Assembly (NCBI GenBank): GCA_002269645.1
Contig: NIVC01001623.1
Location: 62,001 to 126,000, forward strand
DNA from: Macrostomum lignano
Taxonomy: Eukaryota
DNA: 64,000 nt
Direction: 5' to 3'
A program made the translations under genes and the position numbers. Below, one piece after another: positions 13,154-25,579 of this stretch (position 1 is the first letter of the stretch; every line of letters starts with the position of its first letter). The notes under the pieces are model-generated. The model searched no databases, was not told the DNA's origin, and saw only the letters and a program-made list of their open reading frames with translations.

Positions 13154-15239
13154 ATTAGGTCTAGTGTCTAAACGCTCGAACTGCCACTTCCAGACCCTAA
13201 GCCTGGGAACAAAATCAGTGTTCACTTACGGTTGCGGGCTCCTCTTCTTTGTAGGGCAGGTTCTCCAAGCTCGTTCCTTGTTTCTTCTTCTTTGTTGCGC
13301 GCGTATGTAGGGTTCGCTTCTTCAAATTTTCTTCTTCTCCGGAGGAATCTTCTTGAAGTCTAGAATCGGCCGAAAGTGAGAGCGTAACAATTAAATCTGG
13401 CGATGTCGCAGTATGTCTCGAATGCAAAATCAATATAGGCCTTAAGTTCAATAATCAATATCAACAATGCGCCCTTAATAACAAAATCAACTTTCTGCAA
13501 TAATAACGACGCCCTCCAGGAAGGGCGTATTCTTCTAGAGATAACGGAATCGGAGTGATGTGCTCCTATCGGTTAATCTAGGATAACCAAAATCAATCAA
13601 CTCGATAATCCTCTAAGGGTATCGGAATCGGTCTGCAGATCCTATCCAATCCCTTAGGAAAAGGGAGGCCTCAAATTCAATAGTCTCAGTAAAATCAACT
13701 GATCAACAACGGCCGGCAATAAAATCGCTCTCAAAATCAATTCAATAACAAAGGCTCGAACAAAGGCACACCAATTGGTTTACTTCTCCCTCAGAGATGT
13801 AGCCTCGAGTAGCTTCTGCTGTAAGCTCAAGATGTTTTGAGGCTGCTCCGAGTCTGAGATTTTTAGCTCGGATTTTGGCTTGTATTTATAGGAAAATTTC
13901 GTGAAAAACTGATTATTTTTAGTAGATGACAGTTTTGCGTTTTGGAAATTTGACCCCTATGGAATACATTAGGTTTGAGCTTCGAATACCATATTCAGAG
14001 TTCTAAATCTAAATGTTGCAAAAGATGGTCATTTGTTGCTTTCGTGGTCTTAAATATAGAGTATGACAATTTGCAATTTTTAGCACTCAAAGTTTTTCGC
14101 ATCTTTACGTTACTACTTATGGTAGTTTACTTTGTATCGTATTTGGAGATCTCTACATCAGAAAAAGAATCGAGACTCTTTCTGACTGCTAAACTATAGC
14201 GCATGGTTCTCACTAATTGGAGTAATCTGCCCGTAGATTCTCTGAAAGGGGTGACAAAAGTAATGAGCTATCGCTATTGACCGAGCTTTGTAGGAAAGAG
14301 CAACACAATGACTACGCATCACTAGAGGTGACAGTTGTGAAAAATGGTATGTGATTATGCTATAAAATACTTCACTATAAACTTTCTGATGTCACAACAA
14401 AATCTGAACCTTTGAACAGCGAGAACTAAAGGTGGGCACATCGAGGTCAGCCTGTCATAAGAAAAGTATGTGGTTTGCTCGGACACAACTTCACTTATGC
14501 ATTCGTAGAGGGAGGTTTTCGAACTGAAAATCCAGTAAGCTGGACGTTTTGTTAGAGGCTGAGTGGGTGGTCATCTTTGATGGGGCCTTTTAAGTCCCTG
14601 GACTTGCACTGTACTCTCCGTATCTCAACCCCACCGAGTGAGCTGGTTCTTCTCTGAAGGCAACAGTGAAGAGATGATGTGTGGGTAAATGCTTGGCTTA
14701 CAGGCCCACAATTGATAAACTGCTTACGAGCGGCAAGATAGATAGGAACAAGCGCGAAACGATTGACGAGCTCTTGCTTTATTTCAACAAATATACGAGT
14801 AACGAACCAACGATTTAAAACACGACTTCCAAACACATCATCAGTCGGTTCCCGCACTTCACCTGGAACGCTCCAATCGATAAGCCGCGAACCTGACTCT
14901 GCATGCTTGGTGAGTGCAGTTTTTGAAGAGAGAGGTTCAAGCTTCGCTGCACGTGATTAACAATGCAACAGTAGACTAAATCACACAGTGACTTACTGCG
15001 GGCGTTGTTTGAATTGTTGGACATTTTTCATTAATATTCCAGCATTGACACAGCTCGTTCTTCGCTGCTTTTTATCAAGTCGCTCCGTTCTTGCATCGAT
15101 TCTGGCCGGGGAAGAAATGCTTTGCAAACTGGATGAACCGCTATAAATTTAAATCAAGTGGGATTTCGCTAATTCAGTCGTAGTCAACGAAGGTCATATG
15201 ATAAACAAGCGGCTGCTCCCTGGTTGTTCTTGGTAGCGA

Positions 15240-16100
15240 GTCCATCTCTGCCTTGCATAATTCTGTCCATTGACAGACTCTTACGTCCATCTCTGCCTTG
15301 TCGATTCTGTCCATCTACAGTCTCTTACAGTCCATCTCTGCCTTGTCCATTCTGTCCATCGACAGTCTCTTACAGTCCATCTCTGCCTTGTCCATTCTGT
15401 CCATCGACAGTCTCTTACAGTCCATCTCTGCCTTGTCCATTCTGTCCATCGACAGTCTCTTACGTCCATCTCCACCTTGTCAATTCTGTCCATCTACAGT
15501 CTCTTACAGTCCATCTCTGCCTTGTCCATTCTGTCCATCGACAGTCTCTTACAGTCCATCTCTGCCTTGTCCATTCTGTCCATCGACAGTCTCTTACAGT
15601 CCATCTCTGCCTTGTCCATTCTGTCCATCGACAGTCTCTTACAGTCCATCTCTGCCTTGTCCATTCTGTCCATCGACAGTCTCTTACAGTCCATCTCTGC
15701 CTTGTGCATTCTGTCCATCGACAGTCTCTTACAGTCCATCTCTGCCTTGTCCATTCTGTCCATCGACAGTCTCTTACAGTCCATCTCTGCCTTGTCCATT
15801 CTGTCCATCGACAGTCTCTTACAGTCCATCTCTGCCTTTTCCATTCTGTCCATCGACAGTCTCTTACAGTCCATCTCTGCCTTGTCCATTCTGTCCATCG
15901 ACAGTCTCTTACAGTCCATCTCTGCCTTGTCCATTCTGTCCATCAACAGTCTCTTACAGTCCATCTCTGCCTTGTCCATTCTGTCCATCAACAGTCTCTT
16001 ACAGTCCATCTCTGCCTTGTCCATTCTGTCCATCAACAGTCTCTTACAGTCCATCTCTGCCTTGTCCATTCTGTCCATCAACAGTCTCTTACAGTCCATC
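15240..16100. repeat. 45-bp minisatellite (tccatctctgccttgtccattctgtccatcgacagtctcttacag), ~19 copies
   Basis: Direct reading; produces 15-aa periodic pseudo-ORFs in several frames. Confidence 0.97.
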
Positions 16101-16157
16101 GTCGGCTTCCGGCAAACAACGCCAAGAAAATCATCTTCACATTTGCTTCACATTGGC

Positions 16158-16545
16158 AGTTGCCAATATAACACTGATAAGAGAATAACACAGGCATGCC
16201 AGTTGTCAGTATAACACTGATAAGAGAATAACACAGGCATGCCAGTTGTCAGTATAACACTGATAAGAGAATAACACAGGCATGCCAGTTGTCAGTATAA
16301 CACTGATAAGAGAATAACACAGGCATGCCAGTTGTCAGTATAACACTGATAAGAGAATAACACAGGCATGCCAGTTGTCAGTATAACATTGATAAGAGAA
16401 TAACACAGGCATGCCAGTTGTCAGTATAACACTGATAAGAGAATAACACAGACACTGCCAGTTGTCAGTATAACACTGATAAGAGAATAACACAGACACT
16501 GCCAGTTGTCAGTATAACACTGATAAGAAAATAACACAGGCACTG
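16158..16545. repeat. 43-bp minisatellite (gcatgccagttgtcagtataacactgataagagaataacacag), ~9 copies
   Basis: Direct reading; lies just downstream of the 16673 stop codon. Confidence 0.95.
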
Positions 16546-16672
16546 CCAGTTCGCACTGAATCAGCTGGGTGTTGCAAGTTCGCATCAGACGTGAATCAAA
16601 AGTCAATATAAAATCTCAGTAACGAGCAGCTCTTCAGAGTCTGCCTGAATTTGATGTTGCTGAAGCAGCTCG

Positions 16673-18763
16673 TCACTCACAGGCGGCTCCAAGACGGCTC
16701 AGCCGCACCCGGCCCTGCCGCTCCGCGTTGCCGCCCGAGGAGGTGGCGCAGCCGACGCCGCCGCAGAAGGAGCCGCCGCCGCCACCTCTTTCGACTGGAC
16801 GCGTCCCAGCGCCGCCTCCGCTGAAGCCGCCTCCGCCGCCGCCGGCACCATGGCGACCATGAACGCAGCAGCCGCCTCCAGCGCCGCCTCCGCCGAAGCC
16901 GCCGTCACCGGTTGGGCAGGAGCCGCTGCGCGCTCCGCCCAGCCAACCGTCGTTGAGGCCGAGCCCGGGACCTCCGGGATGAAGGAAGGACTTGCTGCTG
17001 AGCTGAGCCGAGCCGCTCCAGCCGGCGCCGGCACCGCCGCAGGAAACATCCGGCTTTGCAGTGTACCTGTTGGGCGACACCCGGCCCGGCTGTCCGCCAG
17101 CGCCACCGGGGCCGGAGTACTCGGAGTCTTCAGGACGGCTGCTCGTGCCGCTTGTAGAGCCGCTGCCGTCACTGCCTGAGAAAATGTCAGATGATCACGC
17201 ATTGAAATCCGCAATTCTACGCATTTCTGGACTCGCATCAGCTCACCAGCATATTTCCTTGAGGCTCCACCGCCACCTCCCGCGGCCACGAGCAGCTGCT
17301 GGCTGTCCGAGCCGTTGCTGACGTACACGAAGCTGCCGCCTCCGCCGCCAGCGCCGAATCCGCAGGCCGAGTCGCCGCCCGCCTGGCCGACCAAAATTTG
17401 CAGCCGGGCGCCGGCGGCCAGGCTGAAGCAGCCGGCGGCAGAGGCGCCTCTGGAGGATGGACTGCCGGTTGTGTTGCCCCCAGCGGCTCCGAACGCCTCA
17501 ATGCGGTAGCAGCCGGCGAACTTCACGGCGACGCTCTGGACGGAGCCGCTGCGACCCGCGCTGCTGTCTGGAGTGAAGGCGTCAAAGGCGAGAGCCGAAG
17601 CTTTGGGTGCTGCGAACTGAGCCAGCCTCCGCCTCAGGTGCCGTTGCACTTTTGGTAAAACACGCCACTCCCAACCCCCAATCCCCTAATGTGCGTCTTT
17701 GGGCCTTGGCCTATGCAACCCAGTTAAATATTGTATTGACCCACTGAGGGCCGACCGCGGTCTCTCACAAACAAACGGCTTGCTAAGAGTTCGCCTTCTG
17801 CTGCTGACCCTGCCGGTCACCCGACTTCGGTTTTCTGGCAGCGTGAGGTCTCCGGTTCCTACTCAGCTTCTCATTCGGGTGCGGGATGGGAGCTTCACTC
17901 ACACCTGTCAGCTTCACTCACACCTGTCAGCTTCACTCACACCTGTCAGCTTCACTCACACCTGTCAGCTTCACTCACACCTGTCAGCTTCACTCACACC
18001 TGTCAGCTTCACTCACACCTGTCAGCTTCACTCACACCTGTCAGCTTCACTCACACCTGTCAGCTTCACTCACACCTGTCAGCTTCACTCACACCTGTCA
18101 GCTTCACTCACACCTGTCAGCTTCACTCACTTCGGAACACCTGCTGGAAGGACCGACTCCGCAGCTGCGACTCGAAGTCGTCCGCCGTCCACACCGTCAC
18201 CGCGGCGTCATCATGCGAGCCCAGGTGCCTGGTCACGTGACTGCCGTCAGGGCCCGGCTGTCCCGATGACTCATCATTGATGACGGCCATCAGGCAGACG
18301 TGGCTGGTCATGTTCACCACCGCAGCGGCGCAGCCTCTCCTTCGGCACCACGTCAGGCACTCGGCATCGGAGCGGATGCCGGACTCGCTGAACATGCTGA
18401 CGACGCTGAACGTGTCATTCAGCACCAGGAAGCGGCTGGGGACCAGGTTGAACTCCTGGCCGCTTGAGGCCGATGCCACTGAAACAGGGAGAGTGCTCAG
18501 CACTGAGTGATGCTGAAACAGATGGAGTGCTCAGCACTGAGTGATGCTGAAATAGGCGGAGTGCTCAGCACTGAGTGATGCTGAAACAGGCGGAGTGCTC
18601 AGCACTGAGTGATGCTGAAACAGGCGGAGTGCTCAGCACTGAGTGATGCTTAAACAGGCGGAGTGCTCAGCACTGAGTGATGGTGTACAGCACAGCCTGA
18701 CAACTGAAGGAACTTACTGACTACGCGAAGAAGCAGAAGGCCCACCAGAACAGGGAAATGCAT
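16673..18763 (-). CDS. Secreted protein, ~432 aa: signal peptide + PAN/apple-like domain + ALK/LTK-type glycine-rich domain; exons 18763-18718, 18478-18131, 17648-17247, 17175-16673
   Basis: GT-AG introns, all phase 1. Signal MHFPVLVGLLLLRVVMASA. PAN-like CLTWC...GCAAAVVNMTSHVCLM. GRD motifs YRIEAFGAAGG, LQILVGQAGG, GGGGGSFV, LLVAAGGGGG, GGGGGFSGG. TATA-like CATAAAAG on the minus strand near 18850-18857. Confidence 0.85.
17890..18130. repeat. 19-bp intronic repeat (cagcttcactcacacctgt), ~12-13 copies; each unit carries GTGAGT on the sense (minus) strand
   Basis: Direct reading; the array starts exactly at the donor of exon 2. Confidence 0.95.
18479..18683. repeat. 34-bp intronic repeat with an internal palindrome (agtgctcagcact), 6 copies; each unit ends in an acceptor-like TGTTTCAG (or close variant) on the sense strand
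   Basis: Direct reading; the last unit supplies the real acceptor of exon 2. Confidence 0.93.
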
Positions 18764-19417
18764 TGCAGAAACAGGAAGAGCCGAGAGAGTTGCTGATGTC
18801 GCTGAGGAGTCTGGAGGGGCGCGAGTTCCCGGCGAGGCCGGAGGCGGGGCTTTTATGGAGCTCGCGACGGCGGGCGGGGCGTCTGCGCGGCTCCGAGATG
18901 GGCGAGCGGGCCGGCCAATGGGGCTTTGAGTTCCCGGCCGGTGGAGGGGCTTCTGTTTTGCGAATGTTTTCGCGCCACCTTGGCAACGGACTTTAAGCCC
19001 AGGATGAGCCCAGCTTGAGGGTTTGACAGGCAGAATTAATTAATTTGCTCTTGAGTTGATGAAGCTGCTCATGCCAATCAGTTGCACTTCAAGTGGTTGG
19101 AGAGTCTTTAGCCGTTAATTTGATAAAAATTTCGAAGCCTCATCAAGAAGCGTGAGCTGCTCGTGCAGCTGGAGCAGAGGTGACTGGAGAGCTGCTTGAA
19201 GAAACTGACAGCAATGAAATCGCAGCACTGCCACTGCATGGAAGAAGACTCCGGAGATTTCTTTCCAGCATCTTGAAGATTTGAAGGGACTCGGGTGGAT
19301 TCTTGTTCTTGGGTGTTCTTAGAAACACGCCGGCAGCAGTTCTGTGATGCATTTTGCTTGCCGTCGTGCTAGACATTCGCCATTGAAAATGAAATCGCAA
19401 CAGAAGTTCCAATTTTT

Positions 19418-19579
19418 TTAAGTAGGTCGGTTTGAGGATCCATATATCTGGTAGCTTGACGTAGCCATAATTTCTTCTGGAGACTGGGCCACATCGGTCT
19501 GGGAGGTCTCGCACGCCATAAGGAGTGCAATAAGTGGCCAAAAAGTATAAATTTTTGCTTACAAGCAGTCATGGTTACC
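19418..19579 (-). other. Diverged duplicate (copy 1) of an intron plus short terminal exon (ACETSQTDVAQSPEEIMATSSYQIYGSSNRPT*); acceptor reads TG instead of AG
   Basis: Aligns with 21857-22020, including the GTAACC donor. Confidence 0.6.
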
Positions 19580-21142
19580 TTTGGCTCAGGCGTAGCAGTA
19601 TGAGCTATGCGCACTCCGCCACAGGAATCTCTACACTTATTGTAATTTGTATTAAGTGGAGAATTTAGTTTGATTTAGTTAAGATTTAAGTATAAATTAA
19701 GTGTGGATTTCTATCACTCTTCCAAAATATCGTTTAGAGCGAGCATCTTATGCGAATTGTTATTATTTTTTGTTAATATTTGTTATTTGTTATTCGCTAT
19801 TTTGGCTATTGTTCTCAAAGTACGCGAAGTCAGACTAGAACTATTGATAGGTTGCGGCTTGCGAAGACCTGGGGCACGTGGCACGGATTGCAAGGATCTA
19901 TATAGCCAGGCCTGAGAGCGAGCCGCGGGTCCAGTGCAATTGGGATTTCAGATCGGCAGGCCGCCACCCACCAACCCGCTTGAGAGGGGGGGCTCTGACA
20001 GACTACAAATAAAAGTAAAACATATTTTGCTGTCAGATCTCACACCTCTCCTCTCCTCCTCTTTGTTTTCAACCTTTCGGCCGCTTTGCTATCTACTATA
20101 GGCGACATGCTGCACTTTAAGGCGCATTGATCCGCCCCTTTACTCGTAATTTTTTTCTAGGATATTCACTTATATTTATTGTAAAATTTTGGGGAAAACC
20201 TTTTTTTAAGATCGGATATTTACTTAGGTCATACGTATTTGATTAAAGGGGCCATGAATATTTGAGCACTACCATATATGGAGTTAAGCAAATACAGCTG
20301 CTGAAATCCGGTTCCTTGATCAAACAAACGTTGGCCCTACGTAGGGTTCTGAGTCACTTCTGTTTGCACATGACTCATTCTAAAGATATATTGGAAATTT
20401 AAAGTGACATTTATAGAATAAAACTTTAAGTAGTGCATTACGGCATGAACAACAGTACTCTACAAATTGACGGTAGAGAAGAACGCACTAGTTATGTACA
20501 GAGAGGGTGAGAAACAAAACAAAGCTAGGCACTCAGAAAGGGGACGTAAAACACCGGAGGGTGATAGAGAGAATTACAGAGATAAATATTTCAAGATAGA
20601 ATTTCGCGACGGTTATACTGCTTCGTTAGAAACGCGGAAATCTGGCGTTGTTTCTTTTTGAAACGCCTGCTGCACGAATTTTTGTCAATGCTTTCGACGT
20701 CGCTGCTTCCAGAGTAGATGTTCCGAGCCAGTCGGTGAAGTTCCTAAACAATGCGATTCAGGAATGCAGCAGTTTTTGTCAATCTCAATTTCAGTGATGC
20801 TTGCTTACAGAGAATATCAGATATATTACGAGTATAAAGGTGTTCCATTTAAGATTTTATTAGCTCAAGTTTGTTATAAGGAGGGGTTATCAGTAGTAAC
20901 TGATAGTTCGATCTGTTATAAGGACGGGATCGGCTATCCTTTGGTGGGTTCGATGAATCAATTTGTTGGGTCCGAGTTGTTTGGCTACTCAGCAGTTTCG
21001 CTATTTGGCTACTTTGGATACTTAGCTATTCGGCTTCATAATTTCTTGTAATAAAAGTAATAACAGAAAATGTACTCACGTCATACTGGGAGCAATACAG
21101 AACATCCTCCAAGTCCGATTCCAGACATCCATCAAGGAGCTC

Positions 21143-21785
21143 TCACTTCTGTCGAACACAGAGCAGACGACTTTTCTGTCGAGTACGGTGGCTGGCTTCA
21201 CACTGGAATCCATAGTTTTCCAGCTGCCGAACTGCTGGGATGTTGATGTCGATAACGATCGCGCTGCCTCCGGGAAGCAGCAATTGGGGAAGTTCGCTGC
21301 CGAGAAATTCGACCTTCGACTTCACTCCGGCGAAGCTCAGAATAATAAGGTGGAATGAGTCGTCTGTCTCGATGATAAAGTCCTTCATATCAATGTCAAA
21401 GATGAACTGCGTGCGAACCGGGTGTTGAAAAGTAGCATTTCTATTGTTGAACTCATCCAAGGGCCAGCTGTACAGGTCGACACCAGTGCAGTGGACTTCG
21501 TTAAATGGTGGTCGCTTATTATTTTGAAAAGCCTGCTGGGTCGCTTCGATAACAGCCAGCAGGTCAGTGCCCGGACCGCAGCCGAGGGACAACACTTTGA
21601 AGTTTCCGCATGGAGTTCTCGAAAGAATCGACTTCATCAAATATTTAATGGGGCCGCGTACGATTTCGAGTTTTTTGGCAGCTCCGGATTGAATAGTTTC
21701 TGCGGAAGTCCTCATACGAATAGAATTCCAGTGCGTCCTTATCGTGGGCAGTGGACCACCGATCAATCAGATTCTCATGTATACC
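21143..21785 (-). CDS. Class I SAM-dependent methyltransferase domain; N-terminus uncertain, possible frameshift at the A6 run (21671-21676)
   Basis: Motif I KVLSLGCGPGTDLLAV, motif II CTGVDL, FHLIILSF, LLLPGGSAIVID. The ORF track start is non-ATG; the first in-frame ATG is at 21715. Confidence 0.7.
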
Positions 21786-21856
21786 CTACAATGTGTAGAA
21801 ACCATAAAGCAAATATTGCTGTTGAACGCATTAAAGCCAGTGAAAAATTTATTTTA

Positions 21857-22020
21857 TCAATAAGTAGGTCGGTTCGATGAGCCATTTATCTGGTAGCTTG
21901 ACATAGCCATAATTTCTTCTGGAGACTGGGCAACATCGGTCTGGGAGGTCCCGTAAGTCTTAAGAGTAAAAAATGTGACCAAAAACTTAGTCTTTTTGCT
22001 TTCAAGCTGTCATGGTTACC
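21857..22020 (-). other. Copy 2 of the duplicated module: 61-nt GT-AG intron (22019-21959) and terminal exon TYGTSQTDVAQSPEEIMAMSSYQINGSSNRPTY*
   Basis: Intact splice sites; frame supported by synonymous differences versus copy 1. Confidence 0.6.
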
Positions 22021-22919
22021 TTTGGCTTCTTGCGTATCCTTTTGTACGGATTCTTGCTTTCATGGTTTGGAAATTGGATTAACGATTCCGTTTTGTTGTC
22101 CAGAGATAGATGGCAATGGGGTGAAGAGGGCTGACCGGCTTATGCCTTTCTTTATAAACCTCTAGTCCCCTGTCTAGGTAAATAAAAAATCAATACAACC
22201 TCAGCCAACTGTGCTTTGCATTAGCAGAAAGCAAACTGTACATTTTACAGTGCGCTTAGTGAATCTCTCTCCAGCTGAGTACTTCCTTAGTTTTAATCCC
22301 TTTCCAAGGGATTTCGAGAGAGACGAGACACGGGATGGGGAAGAGCAACCGCGGGGTAACCGGGCTCTCGGGCAGAGAGGCAGCTGCAGGCAGCATTCGG
22401 ATTCGTGTGGAGTTTGAGCGCGAGGAAGGGGGTGGGGAGCACGTGACCACCGTCGATTCTCTTCCCTCAATAGAAAAAAACTGTCTTTTCCTGTTTTCTC
22501 TTTCAATCGGCCAGTTGACTATAAGAGATTCGGCCCTTTAATTTGAGAAAAGTTATTCGAGCTGTCATAAGAATAAATTATTACTTTTGCCGATGCAACC
22601 AGTGAGCTATGAGCGCCATATTCTTAGTTTCTTCTTGGGACCAAAACTTGTGCATGGCACTGGGTGCATTCCTTCTTGCACTTGGATTTGTAGGTTAGGC
22701 TCGCGCTGTTTACAATAGGAACCTGGTATTTGTTTTTGAGAGGGTGAGGACCCTGCGCTGATGACTGAAAGTTGTTGGGAAGCCGTTGATAACTTGTTGA
22801 TAATGAGAAGATTACAAGCAAGTAGTATGTTTGGAAGTTTTAGAAATAAGATGACCACGTTTAATTTTTTTCTGGAAAATGATTGTTAAATTCATGGGAT
22901 TATGGTGGCAGTGAAAAAG

Positions 22920-23520
22920 GGTCTGGGATCAGAATGGCTCTGGGTCTGGGATCAGAATGGTTCTCGGTCTGGGATCAGAATGACTCTGGGTCTGGGATCA
23001 GAATGACTCTGGGTCTGGGATCAGAATGACTCTCGGTCTGGGATCAGAATGACTCTGAGTCTGGGATCAGAATGACTCTGGGTCTGGGATCAGAATGGTT
23101 CTCGGTCTGGGATCAGAATGACTCTGGGTCTGGGATCGGAATGACTCTGAGTCTGGGATCAGAATGACTCTGGGTCTGGGATCAGAATGGTTCTCGGTCT
23201 GGGATCAGAATGACTCTGGGTCTGGGATCGGAATGACTCTGAGTCTGGGATCAGAATGACTCTGGGTCTGGGATCAGAATGGTTCTCGGTCTGGGATCAG
23301 AATGACTCTGGGTCTGGGATCGGAATGACTCTGGGTCTGGGATCAGAATGGTTCTCGGTCTGGGATCAGAATGACTCTGGGTCTGGGATCGGAATGACTC
23401 TGAGTCTGGGATCAGAATGACTCTGAGTCTGGGATCAGAATGGTTCTCGGTCTGGGATCAGAATGACTCTGGGTCTGGGATCAGAATGACTCTCGGTCTG
23501 GGATCAGAATGATTCTAGAA
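22920..23520. repeat. 23-bp minisatellite (tctgggatcagaatgactctggg), ~26 copies
   Basis: Direct reading. Confidence 0.96.
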
Positions 23521-23700
23521 TCAGAATCTTCGTTGTTTTTAGGCAAAGCAACAGATCTTTGAAAACGCTACATTCGTCACTCCGTTAGCTAATAATACTA
23601 CTTTCAGAATTGAGTGTATGTTTAGAGTTTTTTGTGTAAATTTGCTTTTTCACAAGAAAATAGATAAAAAAATCATTTATTGTATTACGTAGATAGCGCG

Positions 23701-24218
23701 AGTGACCCCATCTAGTGACCCATCATCCAGTGACCCATCATCCAGTGACCCATCATCCAGTGACCCATCATCTAGTGACCCATCTTCTAGTGACCCATCA
23801 TCCAGTGACCCATCATCCAGTGACCCATCATCTAGTGACCCATCTTCTAGTGACCCATCTAGTGACTTATCTAGTGACCCATCCAGTGACCCATCATCCA
23901 GTGACCCATCATCTAGTGACCCATCTTCTAGTGACCCATCTAGTGACTTATCTAGTGACCCATCCAGTGACCCATCATCCAGTGACCAATCTTCTAGTGA
24001 CCCATCTTCTAGCGACCAATCTAGTGACCTATCTAGTGACCCATCTAATGACCTATCTAGTGACCCATCCAGTGACCCATCATCCGGTGACCCATCTAAT
24101 GAACCCATCTTCTAGTGACCCATCTAGTGAACCCATCTTCTAGTGATCCATCTAGTGATCCGTCTAGTGACCCATCTAGTGACCCATCTAGTGACCCATC
24201 TAGTGACCCATCTAGTGA
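23701..24218. repeat. 12/15-bp minisatellite (agtgacccatc[atc]t/c)
   Basis: Direct reading; yields the SSDP/VTHH pseudo-ORFs. Confidence 0.95.
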
Positions 24219-25339
24219 CTAGAAACGCACATGTCAGACATTTCTCCCAAAAGAAGCAGTGAAAGCCTGAAAAAAACAATAATTGAGCAATCCAGCTTGC
24301 AGGGTAGCAAAGCTCAGGATTTGAGCACTGCCTATTGTTGCACTCACGACTGTCTGCAAGGGGGACAGCGCAGCTAGCGATAATAGAGAGTGTTAAGCCA
24401 GTCATTTTTAATAAATGTTTCACTGCTGCATCATGAAAGGGAGCTCTTTTTAGCGAGAAACTCTGGAAAGAAGCTTTGTCACGAAGTTTTATCGTTTTTT
24501 TTTTACTTGATTTCGATTTTTTGCCAATTGGCAAATCTAAATATGGAAACAATAAATCTTTCGGTTTGGAAGCTATTTTTGCATCGCATTATTTCTGCTT
24601 CTAAAAGATGCACTGCAGGTTTCTATCTGTAATCACATGACTTGAAAGGGCAGTCACTTCGTCAAGTTTCCGCACTACAGTACTCGTAGCCAGTGCGAGC
24701 TGAGGTTCTTAACTTATTCCCCAGAATTTGCTCCGCAAATGTGGGACGGAGTGGCCTTGCTTTACCTTTGCCAGCAGCTCATATATTAGTTCTCAGTGAA
24801 TTATTCATGCAGTTATAGCAAACTAAGGCGCGACGCGTGTTGGTCATAATAAAAACATGCAACCGGGGCTCCAAGAAGGTGCGCTAAATCGCAGCGCAAC
24901 ATCCTGAAAAAATTAATTTCGCTACGGGCACCTTTCTTAAAAATGAAGAGTAACTGACAGGTCACCAGCATCACCTGACCACATGGTAGTCTCCAGTCCT
25001 GCTTGAAGGGCCAGCAGCAGCAGCAGCCCCGCTCTCAAGCCTCCTTCTCCCCGTGAGTTGTTGACTTGCAAAATTCCTCGCTTCCAGAGTTTCCCGGATA
25101 AATTTTTCATCGAGCAAACTCAGGCAGGCTGAGCTGCTCAACCAAACCAACTGCGGTTTGCTCAGCCCCTTCCTCGGGAAAGTGCTCAACTCAATAGATG
25201 AATTGGTGATAAGGAGAACCGGTTTGCCCGTTCATGCTTCGCCTCAAGGCGTACCTGCCTAGACGCTTAACATCATCACGGCGCAAAGGCGAGAGTTGCT
25301 AGGGGGGGGGGGCTTCGGACACTGGCGCAAATCGAGACG

Positions 25340-25529
25340 GGGGGGTTCATAAGACCGAAATTTCACAACGCCGAAACACCATACTTCACAAGACTGAAAC
25401 TTCATGAGACCGAAATTTCACAACGCCGAAAATTCTGCATGCTCCTTATTGTATTAAGTTTTCTACGATGTGAAATTTCGGTCTTGTGAAGTTTCGGTCT
25501 TGTGAAGGATCGTGGAAGGAAAGCGACCC
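25340..25529. mobile_element. 190-bp Mutator-like MITE with inverted subterminal repeats and 9-bp TSD
   Basis: atcgagacg at 25331-25339 and 25530-25538; GGG...CCC ends; aagaccgaaatttcaca motifs are inverted between the two halves. Confidence 0.7.
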
Positions 25530-25579
25530 ATCGAGACGAAACAGTCAACGAGAGGACAAGCCGTCCTGACAACCCCTGA

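Noticed and set aside
13200-14400. LTR-like sequence on the minus strand (TATA-like cctataaata near 13890)
   Set aside because: No TG..CA boundaries, PBS, PPT or partner LTR could be identified.
17750-17850. Optional phase-1 exon ending in KPFV(CE) within intron 2 of the minus-strand GRD gene
   Set aside because: The acceptor has no polypyrimidine tract and the gene is already in frame without it; needs RNA evidence.
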